A DNA stretch of 64,000 nucleotides from assembly GCA_045127455.1 (NCBI GenBank), contig JBGVQK010000044.1:24158-88157 (forward strand), given 5' to 3'. Origin of the DNA: Eubacteriales bacterium (GTDB lineage Bacteria > Bacillota > Clostridia > Oscillospirales > CAG-272). The notes beneath the pieces are model-generated. The model was not told the origin of the DNA. It saw only the letters and a program-made list of their open reading frames with translations, and searched no databases. Positions 44,476-52,288 of this stretch are shown here, piece by piece. The position numbers were made by a program, and so were the translations under genes. Each line of letters begins with the position of its first letter. Positions within the stretch are counted from its first letter, which is position 1.

Positions 44476-45212
44476 GCGGCAATATGGATATGAGAATCTC
44501 GGGAAGCGGCAGCGTTCCCGCAGGAGAATATAACAAAGTATCTGTCAGCGGCAGTGGACGTCTTTTGGGAAAGGTGCGCTGCGAGTCCTTTTCTTCGTCA
44601 GGAGCAAGCCATGGGGAGCATATAGAATGCTCCGATACCTTTAAGGTGTCGGGAGCATCCTCGTTCTCGGGTGATGTCAAGGCAAATTACATCGGTGTGT
44701 CAGGCTCTTTTTCCTGCGGTGGCAATCTTGTGGCTGAGGAAAAGTTTTCTTGTTCGGGAAGCACAAAATGCAAGGGGAGCGTCAAAGGAAATCTGCTTTC
44801 CATTGCGGGTGCGCTGAAGGTCGGTGGTGACGTTGAAGGCGAAAAGGTCAAGGTAGACGGCATCCTCAACTGTGAGGGGCTTCTCAACGCCGAGGATATT
44901 GAGATCAAATTTGAGCGAGAAATGGAGATCGGCAGTATTGGCGGTAGCAAGATCGTCATTTTCCCAAGAGAACCGTTTAAAGCGGTTATTAAGCTTCCTC
45001 TGTTTTCCGCCCTCGCAAGGCGCGCGAGCGCGGGCGTGTCGGTAGCCACCTCTATTGAAGGTGACGAGATTGCATTGGAAGGCGTTAGCTGCCCTCGTGT
45101 AACAGGGCGTATCGTTGCCATTGAGCGAGGATGCAACATTGAGCTGGTACAGTATAGCGAAACGGTTGAGATCTCGCCCGATGCCAAGGTTGGCAGAACA
45201 GAAAAAATCTAA
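44472..45212 (+). CDS. polymer-forming cytoskeletal (bactofilin-like, YhbE/YhbF-type) protein
   Basis: Repetitive beta-helix-like sequence ISGSGSVPAGEYNKVSVSGSGRLLGKVRCESFSSSGAS...VSGASSFSGDVKANYIGVSGSFSCGGNL. It overlaps the upstream stop by 4 nt. Confidence 0.8.
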   Translation: MSGNMDMRISGSGSVPAGEYNKVSVSGSGRLLGKVRCESFSSSGASHGEHIECSDTFKVSGASSFSGDVKANYIGVSGSFSCGGNLVAEEKFSCSGSTKCKGSVKGNLLSIAGALKVGGDVEGEKVKVDGILNCEGLLNAEDIEIKFEREMEIGSIGGSKIVIFPREPFKAVIKLPLFSALARRASAGVSVATSIEGDEIALEGVSCPRVTGRIVAIERGCNIELVQYSETVEISPDAKVGRTEKI

Positions 45213-45235
45213 TTTATTGGTAGGAGGCTATCAAA

Positions 45236-45997
45236 ATGTTTTTAGAACTAAACTTTTACTCGCGAGAGCTTGGCAGACAGGTTCGCGCAAATGTTATCAT
45301 TCCCGAGCAGTTCAGAGACACCAACGAGTCCTATAAAACGCTCTGGCTTTTGCACGGACTGACCGATGACCATTCGGCATGGATGCGAAATAGTTCGATC
45401 GAGCGCTACGCCAACGATTTTGGTATTGCCGTTGTGATGCCAAACGTAGATAGAAGCTGGTATACTAACACCGCCTATGATGCAAATTATTTCAATTACG
45501 TTGCAAAGGAGCTCCCCGAGGTCTGCCGCAAGCTGTTCAAGGGGATGAGCGAAAAACGCGAGGACAATATTGTTGGCGGACTTTCTATGGGTGGCTACGG
45601 TGCTGTTAAGCTGGCACTTTCTTGCCCCGAGCAGTATGGTGCTTGTATCTCGCTTTCGGGCTCTTTCGACGTTACCAGAGTGGGAAGAAACTACAATCTC
45701 AACGAGTGGAGAAGCATTTTTGGCTTTGACATTGACAAGGCGTTGGAGCTTGCAGGCAGCGAGCACGATCTGTTTGCGCTTGCCGAGCGGAATAAAAAAG
45801 AGGGAAGAGCATTCCCCAAGCTGTATTTGTGGTGCGGAACCGAGGATTTCTTGGTCGATATGAACTATTTGTTCGATAAGCACCTTTCAAGCCTTGACGT
45901 GCCGCACGTCCTGAAGGTATCCGAGGGAAACCACTCCTGGAAGTGGTGGGACCTTCACATTCAAAATGCCCTCAAATACGTATTAAGCGAAGAGTAA
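45236..45997 (+). CDS. esterase-family alpha/beta hydrolase
   Basis: ...YKTLWLLHGLTDDHSAW...IVGGLSMGGYGA (GxSxG)...GNHSW. GGAGG RBS. Confidence 0.85.
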   Translation: MFLELNFYSRELGRQVRANVIIPEQFRDTNESYKTLWLLHGLTDDHSAWMRNSSIERYANDFGIAVVMPNVDRSWYTNTAYDANYFNYVAKELPEVCRKLFKGMSEKREDNIVGGLSMGGYGAVKLALSCPEQYGACISLSGSFDVTRVGRNYNLNEWRSIFGFDIDKALELAGSEHDLFALAERNKKEGRAFPKLYLWCGTEDFLVDMNYLFDKHLSSLDVPHVLKVSEGNHSWKWWDLHIQNALKYVLSEE

Positions 45998-46036
45998 AAC
46001 AAAAAGGAAGCCTAAATTTTAGGCTTCCTTTTTTGC

Positions 46037-46417
46037 TTATTCTTCAACAATTTCGCAATCAAGCAATGCGAGCAGCTTTTCGGCATCAAAGAGGGGGAAG
46101 AGCAGCTCTAAGGGCTCGCCCTCGTGCGTAAAACGCAGGGAATAGTAGCCATTCATTGTGTAGTACTCCTCGTAGTCAACCTCTTCCATTGTAATGCCGT
46201 ATTTGGCATATTTGAGACCGTCGTAGGGGTCGTCTGCCATCCAAGAGTCAAAGGTGATGGAGTCGTTCACCTTTACCAGCGCTTCAATCTCGCTCATAGG
46301 GAAGCCAACAACGGCGCCGTTGTACCAAAAGCAAAGCTTTCCATCCTCTAAAAAGGCGGTGGGGGTATCGTTTGTGTAGGCAAAACGTCTTTTCTTGTCA
46401 AAGTCCTTGGAGAGCAT
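46037..46417 (-). CDS. hypothetical protein (126 aa)
   Basis: I prefer the ATG at 46417 (GAGGTG 9 nt upstream) over the track's GTG at 46429. I recognise no motif. Confidence 0.5.
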   Translation of the reverse strand: MLSKDFDKKRRFAYTNDTPTAFLEDGKLCFWYNGAVVGFPMSEIEALVKVNDSITFDSWMADDPYDGLKYAKYGITMEEVDYEEYYTMNGYYSLRFTHEGEPLELLFPLFDAEKLLALLDCEIVEE

Positions 46418-46437
46418 CGTGGTAAACACCTCGACTT

Positions 46438-46902
46438 CTACAGCATCAAAAGGAACACGTAATTCTTGCTTGACTTGCTTGTTAAAGGTTCGTAAGCACC
46501 GTCAACGCTGTCCAGCGCCTCATCGGGCTCGTCATTGTCCTCGTTTTCTTCTGCCTTTTCTTTTTTGCGGTTGATGTAAAACAGAATCAAGCTTGCCACA
46601 ATAAATGCACCCGCAGCAATCGCCAAAACGGGGGGAATCGCCCCAGTGGCTTCGAAGCGCTTAATCGTTTGCGATACCATGATCATGCCGATCACAAGCA
46701 TAATGAGCGGTACAAGTGAGCGCAACAGCATTTTCCCAACGCCCTTGTTAATACTCTTATGAATTGCTTTTTCAAAATCCTTATCAAGCTCTTTCCTTTT
46801 TTCGGCAAGAGCTACACTTTCGCGGCGCAATATCAGGGATTGGTTCTCGATCGCATTCACCTCATCGTCCAAGTTGATGCGGAACATATTTTCTCGTATC
46901 AT
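46438..46902 (-). CDS. hypothetical membrane protein (154 aa)
   Basis: AAAGGAG RBS. Two predicted TM segments (LVPLIMLVIGMIMV, LAIAAGAFIVASLILFYI) and an acidic tail. Confidence 0.55.
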   Translation of the reverse strand: MIRENMFRINLDDEVNAIENQSLILRRESVALAEKRKELDKDFEKAIHKSINKGVGKMLLRSLVPLIMLVIGMIMVSQTIKRFEATGAIPPVLAIAAGAFIVASLILFYINRKKEKAEENEDNDEPDEALDSVDGAYEPLTSKSSKNYVFLLML

Positions 46903-46926
46903 ATTAAGTCTCCTTTTCTTTGGTTA

Positions 46927-48177
46927 TTATTTTCCAATAAAAGCACCATTCGCCTGCAAAACAGTTTGTAGCTCGGCTACGTCAACGGCTCGAACAGGGC
47001 GATTGGCTTTTGCGGCTAAACCGATAGCTACACCGGCTGCTTCTCCAATGCAACAAACGCTTGGCATAATGCGGTAGGATGCCTGCGCACCGTGATCGGA
47101 AGAAATACATCTTCCCGCAACCAGCAAATTAGCCGCCTTTTGCGGAATCAGGCTGCGATAGGGAATGGTATACCATTTTCCTTCGGGGAAATAATAGTGG
47201 CTCGTTCCCGTTCCTTCGGGGTTGTGAATGTCAATATCGTAATTGCAAGCGCATACCGCATCATCAAATATGGTAAACGCTCTGCAGTCGCTTTCTGTCA
47301 AAACGTAATCGCCTACGATCATTCGGCTTTCGCGCACGCCAATTTCTGCAGCGGTCATCATCAAAAAGCTGTCCTCAAGTCCGTCGGCGTGCTTTTTCAT
47401 AAAGTCGTATATCTCATAGACCTGCTCTCTGGCAATCAGCTCTGCCTTTGTTACTTCCTCGGGCGAGGTGGGGTCTAATTTTATCACTCTCGTGGTGTTA
47501 AAGTGAAGCACGTTGGGAATGGGCGTTTTGAAAACAAGGATATTTTCTCTTGGGTTGATGAGCTCTCCGTTGTGCAACGCTTGCTTGTGAATTTCGTTCA
47601 TGCGTTCCTTGCTTTCGTAAAAGCGTTCCACGTCAACGTTTCCCACGCGGAAGCAAAGCGTCATAGGCTGGCACAGATGATCGGGCTCACGGCCGAGAAC
47701 GGTGGGGCAACCCGAAAGAAATGCCACTTGTGCATCTCCCGTAGCGTCAATATAATAATTCGCTTCAAGCTTCATAATACCGCCCTTGGTAGCAACCGAA
47801 ACAGAGCGCACCGTCTCGCCATCCTTTTCCACAGAGCAAATATACGCGTGGAAAAGCAGATCGATCCCCGCGCGGCAGACCATATCACTCAGAATGCGTT
47901 TGAGTTCTTCCTCAAGAAAAGCCCTGCCGGACATGGCATTGCATTCCTGGAGCTTGCGGTATATCGTTCCAAAAATTCCGCGATAGAGAAAGGTAGAAAC
48001 GCCGTTTATTCTGGTTGTCATCGACATAAAGGGATTCACAAGCGAATGCACGGCAGCGCCGCCCAAACAGTTTCCTTTTTCCACTAACAAAACCGAGGCA
48101 CCCTCTCTTGCAGCCGCAAGAGCCGCAGCTGTTCCTGCAAAGCCACCGCCGATAACGATTACATCATATTTTTTCAT
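46927..48177 (-). CDS. FAD-dependent oxidoreductase (FAD_oxidored-type)
   Basis: MKKYDVIVIGGGFAGTAAALAAAREGASVLLVEKGNCLGG. GGGAGG RBS. Confidence 0.85.
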   Translation of the reverse strand: MKKYDVIVIGGGFAGTAAALAAAREGASVLLVEKGNCLGGAAVHSLVNPFMSMTTRINGVSTFLYRGIFGTIYRKLQECNAMSGRAFLEEELKRILSDMVCRAGIDLLFHAYICSVEKDGETVRSVSVATKGGIMKLEANYYIDATGDAQVAFLSGCPTVLGREPDHLCQPMTLCFRVGNVDVERFYESKERMNEIHKQALHNGELINPRENILVFKTPIPNVLHFNTTRVIKLDPTSPEEVTKAELIAREQVYEIYDFMKKHADGLEDSFLMMTAAEIGVRESRMIVGDYVLTESDCRAFTIFDDAVCACNYDIDIHNPEGTGTSHYYFPEGKWYTIPYRSLIPQKAANLLVAGRCISSDHGAQASYRIMPSVCCIGEAAGVAIGLAAKANRPVRAVDVAELQTVLQANGAFIGK

Positions 48178-48297
48178 AGTATTCCTCCCACAGACCTTTG
48201 GCTAAGGATTTGCTATACGTTTATTATAGCACGGTTTTTCTGTTCTGTCAATAAAAAGAGCCGAACACGCGCGGTGTTCGGCTCAACTGTTTGTTAA

Positions 48298-49617
48298 TTA
48301 TTCGGCATCCTTTTTGCCTTTTTTGGAGAGCATTGTGTTTGCGAGAATACCAAGGATCAGCGCGCAAGCAATGGTGGTGATGGTAACCTTGCCAAAGGTA
48401 AGGGAGAGACCGCCAATGCCGGGGATGAGGATTGCGGAAACAACAAAGAGGTTTCTGTTGTCGCCAAGGTCAACCTGCTGGATCATCTTCAGACCCGAAA
48501 CTGCGATAAAGCCGTAAAGAGCAATGCAAACGCCGCCCATTACGCAGTTGGGAATGGTGGAAAGGAATGCTGCAAAGGGAGCAAAGAAGGAGATAACGAT
48601 TGCCATAATAGCGGTTGTAATAATGGTTACAACAGAAGCATTACCCGAAATCGCTACGCAACCAACCGACTCACCGTAGGTGGTGTTGGGGCATCCGCCG
48701 AAGAATGCACCTGCCATCGAGCCTACGCCGTCACCAAGCAGGGTGCGGTGCAGACCGGGTTCTTCGAGAAGATCGGATTCGATAATGGAGGAGAGGTTTT
48801 TATGGTCTGCAACGTGTTCTGCAAAAACAACGAATGCAACGGGAATGTATGCAACAGCAACGGTTGCAACATAGGAGCCGGTAATATCACCCAAGCCCTT
48901 GAAAGCGGTTACAAAGGTGAAATCAGGAACCCACTTCATATTTGCAAATGCGCTAAAGTCGATAACGAGGAGAGCCTCATTGCCGCTTGCCATACCAATG
49001 AGAGTAAAGATAGTAGCGGTGAGGTAGCCTGCAAGGATACCAATGATAAAGGGGATCATCTTAATCGTCTTCTTGCCAAATACCGAGCAGAGCATTACAA
49101 CTGCAAGGGTTACAAGTCCGCAAATAATGGCAACGTAGCTGGAGCCGCCTGCGGGAGCCTTGTTGAGGTCGTTAACGGCAGCGCCTGCAAGGGAAAGACC
49201 GATCAGGGCAACTGTGGGGCCGATAACAACGGGAGGCATCAGCTTGTTGATCCACTTTACGCCAACGAGCTTAATAACGATAGCGATTACTACGTAAACA
49301 AGACCTGCCATAATAGCACCCATGATCAAGCCAACGTAGCCTGCAGCCAGCGAGGTTGCGCCTGCAAATGCAGCAGCCATAGGGCCAAGGAAAGCAAAGG
49401 AAGAACCAAGGAATACAGGGCTCTTAAACTTTGTAAAGAGCAGATAAACGAGCGTGCCGACACCTGCACCAAACAGAGCCGCAGTTTGCGACATTCCGTG
49501 ACCGACAATAACGGGAACAACGATGGTTGCCGCCATAATGGCAAGCAGCTGTTGGAAAGCGAAGATGAGGACCTGACCAAACTTTGGCTTGTCCTTTACA
49601 TTGTAGATGAGTTTCAT
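48298..49617 (-). CDS. NCS2-family nucleobase (uracil/xanthine) permease
   Basis: MKLIYNVKDKPKFGQVLIFAFQQLLAIMAATIVVPVIVG... with polytopic, Gly/Ala-rich TM segments. ATG at 49617 with a GGAGGAGA RBS. Terminator at 48251-48284. Confidence 0.9.
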   Translation of the reverse strand: MKLIYNVKDKPKFGQVLIFAFQQLLAIMAATIVVPVIVGHGMSQTAALFGAGVGTLVYLLFTKFKSPVFLGSSFAFLGPMAAAFAGATSLAAGYVGLIMGAIMAGLVYVVIAIVIKLVGVKWINKLMPPVVIGPTVALIGLSLAGAAVNDLNKAPAGGSSYVAIICGLVTLAVVMLCSVFGKKTIKMIPFIIGILAGYLTATIFTLIGMASGNEALLVIDFSAFANMKWVPDFTFVTAFKGLGDITGSYVATVAVAYIPVAFVVFAEHVADHKNLSSIIESDLLEEPGLHRTLLGDGVGSMAGAFFGGCPNTTYGESVGCVAISGNASVVTIITTAIMAIVISFFAPFAAFLSTIPNCVMGGVCIALYGFIAVSGLKMIQQVDLGDNRNLFVVSAILIPGIGGLSLTFGKVTITTIACALILGILANTMLSKKGKKDAE

Positions 49618-49803
49618 TTTTCTCCTCCTAAAATTTTTTGAAAGTCTCGCGGTCTTTCGGCTTCTGCCCAATTTGCAAAAAAAGAGCCCACCGGAAAAAG
49701 GGTCGCTTATGGCAGGACTTGCAAACTGAAGCGTGGGGAACCCGAAAATACCTCCGATGAACTTACTGCCATCAAGTATACCACAAAAGCAATCGTTTGT
49801 AAA
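49618..49803 (-). promoter_or_regulatory. promoter plus structured leader with intrinsic terminator (candidate riboswitch/attenuator, class unassigned)
   Basis: On the minus strand, TTTACA (49803-49798), 17 nt, then TGG-TATACT (49780-49775). A 7-bp helix AUGGCAG (49772-49766) / CUGCCAU (49715-49709) encloses about 50 nt. A hairpin AGCGACCC...GGUGGGCU plus U7 follows (49708-49677), then 60 nt to the RBS. Confidence 0.45.
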
Positions 49804-49901
49804 CCCCTTTTTCGATTTTTTGTGACAAAAAACATTGTTTATTTTCAGACGAAAAGCAGAGACCTTTCGACCTCTGCTTCTGTTTTTATCCTTATATATA
49901 A

Positions 49902-51119
49902 TTATTCCAGCACAGGCAAAGAAAGAATGGGAGAGAGTCCTGTTTCTTTAATTGCCGCATCGGCATCGGTGGCAGTCATTTTGGAGCTGATAACGGCAAA
50001 TTTGCCGTCGGTGATCCAAACGCTGTCCTCGCTTGCAAGCGCGCTCTTTGCTTTCGCTTCGCATCTGGGGCAGCCCTCAAACACGTATACGCGACGGCAG
50101 AGAAGAGCAGAAACGCTTGCCATATCCTCGTCACTTGCAACCTTCCAGTAGGGCAAACGGCGGTCGGTGGAACGTCCCGAAAGGATGTCGAGAATATCCG
50201 CCACAACCGCGCTTGCGGTGGGGAGCTTGCCCGCACCCGCGCCATAGAAGAGCGCGCGACCGAGCATATCGGTGTTTACCAAAATGCCGTTGTAAACGTC
50301 GTCTACGTGGCAAATGGGGTTGGTGGGAAGCACCAAGAACGGAGAAACAAGTGCCAATACGCGTCCGTTAATCTCTTCGGTGTGGCCAATGAGCTTAACA
50401 GCACCGCCAAGCTTGTCCGCTACGGCGGTATGCTCCTTGGTAATGCCCGTAATGCCCGTGGTCGAAATCTTGTTGGGGTCAAGCAGCTTGCCAAATGCGA
50501 GAGCGGCAAGAATAACGATCTTGCGTGCGGCATCAAGACCTTCCACGTCGGCGGCAGGGTTTGCCTCGGCATAGCCCTTTTGCTGTGCAAGCTTGAGCAC
50601 GTCGGCAAATGCCGCGCCCTCGTTCTTCATTTTTGTCAGAATGAAGTTGGTCGTGCCGTTGAGAATTCCGCTGACCGAGAGGATCGCGTTAGAGGCGAGG
50701 TCGGTCTGCATCGGGCGAATGATCGGAATACCACCACCAACGCTGGCTTCAAACAAATAGGAGACGTGATTTTCGCGTGCCAGATCCAAAAGCTCGGCGC
50801 CAAAGGTGGCAACCACCTCTTTGTTCGAGGTCACAACGTGCTTACCTGCCTTAAGAGCCGCAACGGTAAAGTCATATGCGGGGTGTGCACCGCCCATCAT
50901 TTCGGCAACCAAAACGACCTCGGGGTCATCAAGGATGACCTTGATGTCGTGCACTACGCGCTCTCCCAAGGGATGATCGGGGAACTCGCGCAAATCGAGA
51001 ATATATTTTACGTTGACCTCGTCGCCACAGTAAGCAGCGATCTGCTTTTGATTTTGAGTGAGGACCTCTGCGGTTCCGCTACCAACGACACCAAAGCCAA
51101 GAAGTGCAATTTGTAACAT
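49902..51119 (-). CDS. hom: homoserine dehydrogenase
   Basis: MLQIALLGFGVVGSGTAEVL...VVTSNKEV...EASVGGGIPII, with a C-terminal ACT-like region. ATG at 51119 with a GAAAGGAG RBS. Confidence 0.9.
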   Translation of the reverse strand: MLQIALLGFGVVGSGTAEVLTQNQKQIAAYCGDEVNVKYILDLREFPDHPLGERVVHDIKVILDDPEVVLVAEMMGGAHPAYDFTVAALKAGKHVVTSNKEVVATFGAELLDLARENHVSYLFEASVGGGIPIIRPMQTDLASNAILSVSGILNGTTNFILTKMKNEGAAFADVLKLAQQKGYAEANPAADVEGLDAARKIVILAALAFGKLLDPNKISTTGITGITKEHTAVADKLGGAVKLIGHTEEINGRVLALVSPFLVLPTNPICHVDDVYNGILVNTDMLGRALFYGAGAGKLPTASAVVADILDILSGRSTDRRLPYWKVASDEDMASVSALLCRRVYVFEGCPRCEAKAKSALASEDSVWITDGKFAVISSKMTATDADAAIKETGLSPILSLPVLE

Positions 51120-51299
51120 AAAAGGGGCTCCTTTCGGGAAAACGCTGCGCTCGGGCAGCTTTGTCATATCTTACCTTATATCATACCACAAAATATTGCA
51201 AATTGCAAACAAAACTATTGAAAAAATCAAAAAAATATGCTATACTTTTGTAGAAAGATCGATTTTGACAGAAAAAAGCCCTGAAAGGGGGAGAAAAAT

Positions 51300-51857
51300 A
51301 TGCCCGCATCACCTATTGGAGGCATGAGCACCGTTAAAATTTTTGTTTTGTATCTTATGCGAAACATCAATTATCCGCTCAGCTTCGTTACAATTAACGA
51401 TATCGTCATGCAAAACGACTACGTTATGTACCTCGATTTTGCTATGGCTTTTCACGAAATGCTCGATGGCGGCCTCATTGTAGAGGACGGCAAGGACGAG
51501 CACGGAGAGGCGCTTTATTCGGTTACACGCAAGGGAACGATGATTGCCGAGCAGCTTCGCTCGGATATTCTGCCGGCAGTCCTTGACCAAAGCATGACCT
51601 ACGCCTTGCGCTACTTGGATTTTCAGCGCCGCGGTGTCACCATTGATTGCTCTACCGAGCGTCGCGCCGACAATACCTTTGACGTTGTCTTAACCCTCAA
51701 GGAAAAGGACAAGACCATCTTTGAAACGAAGATCAACGTCGATTCGGAATACCGCGCACATCAAATGCGCAAGACCTTCCGCGATCGCCCCGACGTCGTC
51801 TACCGCGGCGTTGTTGCACTACTCACCGGAAAAGTAGATTATTTGTTTGATAAATAA
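51300..51857 (+). CDS. DUF4364-family protein (PadR-like fold, putative regulator)
   Basis: ...VKIFVLYLMRNINYPLSFVTINDIVMQNDYVMYLDFAMAFHEMLDGGLI matches my memory of DUF4364. GGGGGAG RBS before the ATG at 51300. Confidence 0.65.
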   Translation: MPASPIGGMSTVKIFVLYLMRNINYPLSFVTINDIVMQNDYVMYLDFAMAFHEMLDGGLIVEDGKDEHGEALYSVTRKGTMIAEQLRSDILPAVLDQSMTYALRYLDFQRRGVTIDCSTERRADNTFDVVLTLKEKDKTIFETKINVDSEYRAHQMRKTFRDRPDVVYRGVVALLTGKVDYLFDK

Positions 51858-51867
51858 TAAGAGGAGA

Positions 51868-52035
51868 CGTGGGGGAACTTTTTGAAAAAAGTTCCCCCAC
51901 ACCCCTTCAAAAACTTTCTGACAATAATAGCAAAATGGAATTGCAACTGTACGGATAGACAGTCGACGCGAGGCGAAACCTCGCTTTTGCTGTCGCGAGC
52001 GATTAGGGACCACTAACCCTACTCGCTAAGAGAGT
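51868..52035 (+). repeat. ~168-bp dispersed repeat, copy A
   Basis: It begins CGTGGGGGAACTTTTTGAAAAAAGTTCCCCCACACCCCTTCAAAAACTTTC and contains GACAGTCGACGCGAGGCGAAACCTCGCTTTTGCTGTCGCGAGC...TCGCTAAGA. Its partner lies in inverse orientation at 61572-61739. Confidence 0.75.
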
Positions 52036-52136
52036 AGAATAGATACAAATGTAGGAGCGATTCACGAATTACCCGTTTCACAATAAAAAACTCCCACCCA
52101 TCGTTTTTGATGAGTGGGAGTTTTGTTTTCCCCATT

Positions 52137-52265
52137 TTATGCAAACAGATTGATCAGCATATAAATGATACCCGTTAGGGCAGAGCCACCTACCAGAATG
52201 GAAAGAACAAGCGCGAGGATGCGTGCGGGGGTGGAGATTTTAGACTTTTTTTCTTGGTTAGCCAT
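52137..52265 (-). CDS. possible small membrane protein (42 aa), not in the ORF track
   Basis: My translation is MANQEKKSKISTPARILALVLSILVGGSALTGIIYMLINLFA. It lies between the topoisomerase gene stop and a terminator (52090-52125). The RBS AAAGGA 10 nt upstream is weak. Confidence 0.35.
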   Translation of the reverse strand: MANQEKKSKISTPARILALVLSILVGGSALTGIIYMLINLFA

Positions 52266-52288
52266 GGTATATGTATCCTTTCAAAAAA

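Noticed and set aside
49618-49803. Calling the permease leader a canonical guanine/adenine riboswitch or a PyrR attenuator
   Set aside because: I could not find the conserved purine-riboswitch loop and junction sequences or the PyrR UCCAGAGAGG-type box as I remember them. I kept it as an unclassified leader instead.
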